Shown: positions 62,582 to 64,000 of the stretch, in pieces
Position numbering within the stretch: the stretch's first letter is position 1
Layout: each line of letters starts with the position of its first letter
Assembly (NCBI GenBank): GCA_963803145.1
Contig: CAWDLW010000012.1
Location: forward strand, 160,001-224,000
Direction: 5' to 3'
From: Methanotrichaceae archaeon
Lineage (GTDB): Archaea; Halobacteriota; Methanosarcinia; Methanotrichales; Methanotrichaceae
Length of the DNA: 64,000 bases
Position numbers and translations under genes: made by a program
The notes under the pieces: generated by a model
Databases searched by the model: none
Told to the model about the DNA's origin: nothing
The model's input: the letters and a program-made list of their open reading frames with translations, nothing else

Positions 62582-63999
62582 GTGAACCCCTCACTGCCCA
62601 ATATCTCCTTTCTGGACTCGGCATACATCCTTTCCAGGTGGCCAGCGTGCGACTCCTCGCACCATTCCAGTTCAAGGATCTCGCTGATTGCAGCCCCTGC
62701 CGGTACCATCGGCGATACATTCTCTACAGGGTTGACAATGAAGTCCATAATGGTCGGCCTATCCGAGGCTAAGGCAGCTCTAATCACCGGTTCAACCTCC
62801 TGAGGCTTCGTCGCCCGCAGACCGACGGCTCCATATGCCTCTGCCAATTTGACGAAGTCGGGACTTGTGCGTCCGAGAATTGTGGCAGAATACCTCTTCT
62901 CAAAGAACAGTTCCTGCCACTGGCGAACCATGCCGAGGCAGCCGTTGTTCAGTATTGCCACTTTGACAGGTATTTCGTTGACTACCGCAGTTGCAAGCTC
63001 CTGGCTGTTCATGAGGAAGCTGCCATCACCTGCAACATCTATGACCTCGCATTCAGGCCTCCCAACTTTCGCGCCGATTGCGGCCGGGAACCCATAGCCC
63101 ATTGTACCTAGCCCGCCGGATGATATGAACTTGCGCGGGTCCTTATGTACAAAGAACTGCGCTGCCCACATCTGGTTCTGGCCGACCTCAGTGGTAATAA
63201 TTGCGTCCGGGGCCAGCTCACAGAGCTTTTCTATGACGAACTGCGGTTTTATAACATTCATATCCGGTATATACTTCAGAGGATGATCCTGCTTCCACTG
63301 GACGACCTTCTCGTCCCAAGCGGACCAGGGCTTGGGTGTTACCTCCTTCAGCAGAGCAACCAGTGCGTTCTTGGCATCCCCGACAACTGGAATATCCACA
63401 CGCACATTCTTTCCAACTTCGGCCGGGTCTACATCTATGTGGACTATTTTGGCATAAGGCGCGAAGCTGGCAATCTTACCTGTAACTCGATCATCGAATC
63501 TCGCTCCCACTGCCAGGAGCAGGTCGGATTCCTGGATCGCGTAGTTGGCATACTTTGTTCCATGCATTCCAAGCATGCCAAGGGATAGGGGATGATCCTC
63601 AGGGAAGCAGCCTATACCCATGAGAGTAGTAGTAACAGGCGCATTGATCTTTGTTGCCAAATCAAACAGTTCCTTATGTGCATCGGCGTACTTCACACCT
63701 CCGCCGACGTAAATGACAGGCTTTTCAGCATCCATCAATGCTTTGGCTGCCTTTTTGATCTGCATTTCGTGAACTTTGATTGATGGATGATAGCCCGGCA
63801 GGTTTACCTCGGGCCACGTGAACTCTACCTCTTCTACAGTAACGTCGCGAGGCAGATCAATCAGCACTGGACCTGGCCTACCGCTTCTGGCTATATAAAA
63901 AGCCTCGCGGAAGACGCGCGTTATGTCCTTGGCGCTTCTGAGAAGGTAGTTATGCTTGGTAATTGGCAGGGTTATGCCGGTTATGTCGGCCTCCTGAAA
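62578..63999 (-). CDS. ilvB: Acetolactate synthase large subunit (5'-partial)
   Basis: Frame open to window end ([18 protein letters not shown]); [38 protein letters not shown]. Confidence 0.96.
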   Translation of the reverse strand, partial: FQEADITGITLPITKHNYLLRSAKDITRVFREAFYIARSGRPGPVLIDLPRDVTVEEVEFTWPEVNLPGYHPSIKVHEMQIKKAAKALMDAEKPVIYVGGGVKYADAHKELFDLATKINAPVTTTLMGIGCFPEDHPLSLGMLGMHGTKYANYAIQESDLLLAVGARFDDRVTGKIASFAPYAKIVHIDVDPAEVGKNVRVDIPVVGDAKNALVALLKEVTPKPWSAWDEKVVQWKQDHPLKYIPDMNVIKPQFVIEKLCELAPDAIITTEVGQNQMWAAQFFVHKDPRKFISSGGLGTMGYGFPAAIGAKVGRPECEVIDVAGDGSFLMNSQELATAVVNEIPVKVAILNNGCLGMVRQWQELFFEKRYSATILGRTSPDFVKLAEAYGAVGLRATKPQEVEPVIRAALASDRPTIMDFIVNPVENVSPMVPAGAAISEILELEWCEESHAGHLERMYAESRKEILGSEGFT

Positions 64000-64000
64000 T

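Overview
Chromosomal segment of a methanogenic archaeon, probably Methanothrix/Methanotrichaceae-like (inferred from gene content, not from a database search). Housekeeping blocks sit at both ends: peptidases, a chorismate-lyase/beta-RFAP-synthase fusion, class II HMG-CoA reductase, pheA, glucan phosphorylase and Lhr on the left, and ilvBNC on the right. Between them lies a mosaic accessory region. The main result is a three-gene locus at 20.2-25.8 kb encoding a HEAT-repeat protein, a small BELL/HeLo-like protein and an NB-ARC-TPR (NLR-like) protein. All three carry the same ~20-aa motif (TNIxGxxxGxVLSGxFxxxV): at the C-terminus of the first two and the N-terminus of the NLR. This is the layout of amyloid-signalling immune systems, here with an unusual third motif carrier. 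Both putative sensors are inactivated by clean, reconstructable lesions (an IS5 insertion with a TACC target duplication, and an 8-bp tandem duplication), while the effector is intact. Also present are intact IS5, IS630 and TnpB-only IS200/IS605 elements and a transposase-less cassette with IS903-like ends carrying DUF1214/DUF1254 genes. There are also ~118-bp inverted repeats around toxin-antitoxin remnants, a frameshifted OLD-family nuclease, a bacterial-like detoxification cluster and several pseudogene fragments. No rRNA, tRNA or CRISPR array was seen.
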